A stretch of DNA of 64,000 nucleotides from Podarcis muralis (lineage: Eukaryota), in contig NC_135667.1 in the NCBI RefSeq assembly GCF_964188315.1, positions 25,978,001 to 26,042,000 on the forward strand, read 5' to 3'. The notes beneath the pieces are model-generated. The model was not told where the DNA came from, searched no databases, and saw nothing but the letters and a program-made list of their open reading frames with translations. The position numbers and the translations under genes were made by a program. How positions within the stretch are numbered: position 1 is the first letter of the stretch; every line of letters starts with the position of its first letter. This document shows positions 60,991 to 64,000 of this stretch, piece after piece.

Positions 60991-63900
60991 GAAAACCAAT
61001 ACCAGATAGGCGGCAATAAATGGGAATAGAACATATAACTAAGTCAAATTATAGCTTGCATTGAGAGACAGAAACCATGTTCAGCAAAGGCCAGAAACTC
61101 TTGTATGGCAGGGGGCATCACCTTGCCATACATGTAGACTTTCTGCTGTACGTTAGGGCTCTGGATGTAAGAGATTTCCATGAGTGTGTTGAGGGGACTG
61201 TTATTACACCTGGCACCATTTCCAGGTGGTCTTGGGGGCCTGGGCACACACAAAATTATCACTGTGAATGAATCGCCTCTTTCCACCACTGGTGCCACCA
61301 TGGCAACTGGGCCAGGGCACCCATGCTCCACCCCACTGCTGCTGTCGAAGCACAGCCACAGCCACCACGGGTCCCATCAGAGGCCCCGTGGCAGAGGCAG
61401 AGGCCCCTCTGCAGTTGCCACCATGGCCCTGGAGAGTGGTGTGCGCACACCATGATGTTAGGGTGACGTCATGACATCATGCTGTGCACACACACCACTG
61501 GACACCCATGCTCTGGGGCCCAAGTTGGCGCCTCCGGTCATTACTGTGGCAGGTTCACTCCTGACACAAAGGAAATGGGAGATCCCTTTACATATGCAAG
61601 AGTACACATGTAGGTCACATCCACACCATGAATTTAAAGCACACTTTAGGAGTCATGGTTTCCTCCAAAGAATCTGGGTAGCGGAACTTTGCTATGGGTC
61701 CCCCAACGATTCCAGATACCTTTATTAAGCTATAGCTCCCAGGACTCTTTGGAGAAAGCTATGCCTCTTAAAGTGGTGTGAGATTGTTTTAAATGTATGG
61801 TGTCACTGTGGAAATGCGTAGCCATTGCAGCCACTTAGAGAATGGGTGACCTGGTGTTGGTGTCAGCATACATCCACACACTGTGCCATACCCATCAACT
61901 GCCCTGCTTTGAGTGGGATATACCAGAATTACAGAAGCTGCCCTGGCTTCAGATTGGATTGTGGGATACCCTGTTTTGGCTCCCGAGAGAGTGCGGCCCC
62001 CAGAGACACCCATTTTGTGGGGGCGGTGCTCTCAAGCAAATCACCTGGCTCCTGCAAAAGCACAGCCCCCAAAGACATGTTTTGAGAGGCCAAGCTCTCA
62101 TATAACTTCTGCGGGAGCCTGGCCCTGAAAGACATACGTCCCAATTTTCCTCTACAGGATGTTAGAGGGTATGCTATGCCAATGTTGGAGGTAGTGACAG
62201 AGGAAGCCTGTTGGGCACCTGGGGCGTTGCACCCAGGGGTGGGGCCAACGCCCATAGGGGCGGGCAAAGGTGGAGCTAGCGGCGTTTTGTGGGCCCCAGG
62301 GGGTGCATCAGTGTCAGCGCGCATCCCATGTGTGTGTGTTGTTGTCTGCGCACATCCTGAGGTGCGTCAGCGCACAGCCCAAGAGGGTGCACTGGCGGCA
62401 GAGAGAGTCCCGGGGGGGGGGCGCCGCCTGCAGCGATGTCACCCCCCTCAGGAATGACACCCGGGGTGGAACGCCCCCACCACACCCACCTTGCTCTGCC
62501 TCAGGTTGGAGGGAATGGCTGACATGAGGCAACCTTGCGTCTCCTACAGCCTTCAATCACTCATTCCTCCATCTTTTAATCAGTGCAGGTGAATTCCTGT
62601 AGGGTGAAACAGGAAAGGGTGAGGGCCTCTCCAGGTGGGGCTTAAGCAAAGGGTTGGATGTAACACTTCCCCTTACCCTTGGCTAGGTAGATTCACCACA
62701 GTTTGTTATGAACAGTTAGTATCCTGCACCATTGTCCTCTACTGTAAATCTATTGTGTTAAAATTAATAGTCACCCAAGATTGTGTTTTGCCTCCTTATT
62801 TCCTGTGTGGTTGCAAATGGACACACATTCCCAAGCACTTCCTTCCTTCCATCCCCTCCACAGAAACTGGATAGGAAAGGTTGCAGCTGAATGTGTTTAA
62901 TTTCTCACTGTTCTGTATAAAAGATGCATCCTACCAACTACACAATATATTTTATGTCTGGAGGTACAGACTAGGGTATTGAAATCGGAAGGACATTAAG
63001 TGTTCACAATATAATTTTGCAAAGGTATCCCCAATATTTCTCCAAAATGTTTGTGTATAATGGTGGCCAAGCAGAGCTGGGAGAAGCAGGTTGGAGGAAA
63101 TGTAATATATGCACGGTGCCTGCCAATTAGGAAGGCAGTATATAAGGCAATTTAAGCTTAAGCCAAATGAATTTGGTAGGGCTGTCTTCCTATACATCTT
63201 GGTGCTAAATTGGAATGGCTGCACTGAAATTAATAGTGTTGAAGTGTAAATCTATCTTTAGATCACATCCTGAACATAATTCCTAGGCCCTTTCATAAAG
63301 CAGACCATGACACAGGCATCTGCTGATGAGAAATGATTTTTTAAAAATTACTCTTATTCCCCTTGACAACCTTATGTCATTAATGTGCAGCCTGGTTAAC
63401 AAGGTGCTTCGTATTTAGTAGTTAGCAGCAACCAGGTCATTAAAAAGTTTTACCCAAAGTAATTATAGGAATAAATGTCTCTCAGCCTTCTCCCTCTGGG
63501 AGTGAGAGTTCTGTCAGTTTCTCTGAGGGCTTTGAGCAAACACAAAAGCCCTAATTATAACTTGGCAAAACTCTTGAGGCCTTGTTGATGAGGGAGGGAA
63601 CAAAGCCTTCTGGAACCAAAGTTTGGAGTTGAACTTGGAGTCTCCAAGGTACAGCATTGGTTGTGTGACAGGCAGGTGGAAAAGAGACAGAGTGAGAGAC
63701 AAATGTTATGCCAAATGATTTTTTAATGGCACAAAACAAAGGCCTGAGGTCTAATGCTGTTGTTCACATCTATAAGACAATCAGTTTTATTGTTTATAGT
63801 CAATGGCCAGCACAATACAGTACGAGCACAAAACACACAGCTACAAAACAAAAGACATTACATGCACCTGACCAGGACAAATCTTCAATGTCCAAGATTT

Positions 63901-64000
63901 ACGAACATTATATATAATAATACCTGAACAGAGCTATGCAGATGTTCTAATTCATCAATGTGTAATGAATGTGCTCTATTTGGGGCTATCTTAGGACCAG

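Noticed and set aside
61040-62556. Clusters of GC-rich ORFs on both strands
   Set aside because: No coding signature; consistent with decayed GC-rich MITE-type repeats whose ends I could not define

Overview
Vertebrate genomic DNA, almost certainly a squamate reptile and probably a lacertid lizard, inferred from its Sauria/Squam-type SINEs, BovB, L2/CR1, Penelope and Tigger/hAT MITE repertoire. The window is part of a class II olfactory receptor (OR) cluster with eight full-length single-coding-exon OR ORFs (orientation -,-,-,-,-,+,+,-): three OR9S/Olfr12-like, one OR6A2(I7)-like, one OR6Y1-like, two OR6B1-like and one OR8S1/OR5V-like. Subfamily names come from recalled similarity to mammalian proteins, not from a search. 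Intergenic DNA is dense in transposon fragments and microsatellites and has two assembly gaps. Main observations: (1) the I7-like OR has ACG where its ancestral ATG should be, and an upstream ATG|GTAAGT exon could splice in an in-frame replacement start; (2) Penelope-like elements of two families carry minimal hammerhead ribozyme motifs, three copies form head-to-head fold-backs, and one sense-strand hammerhead lies between an OR stop codon and its first canonical poly(A) signal; (3) OR subfamilies that are on different human chromosomes lie side by side here; (4) three ORs have intact frames but lesions in conserved motifs (DRY->DWF, loss of an ECL2 Cys, NPxxY->NAIIY). No rRNA, true tRNA or CRISPR features were found.
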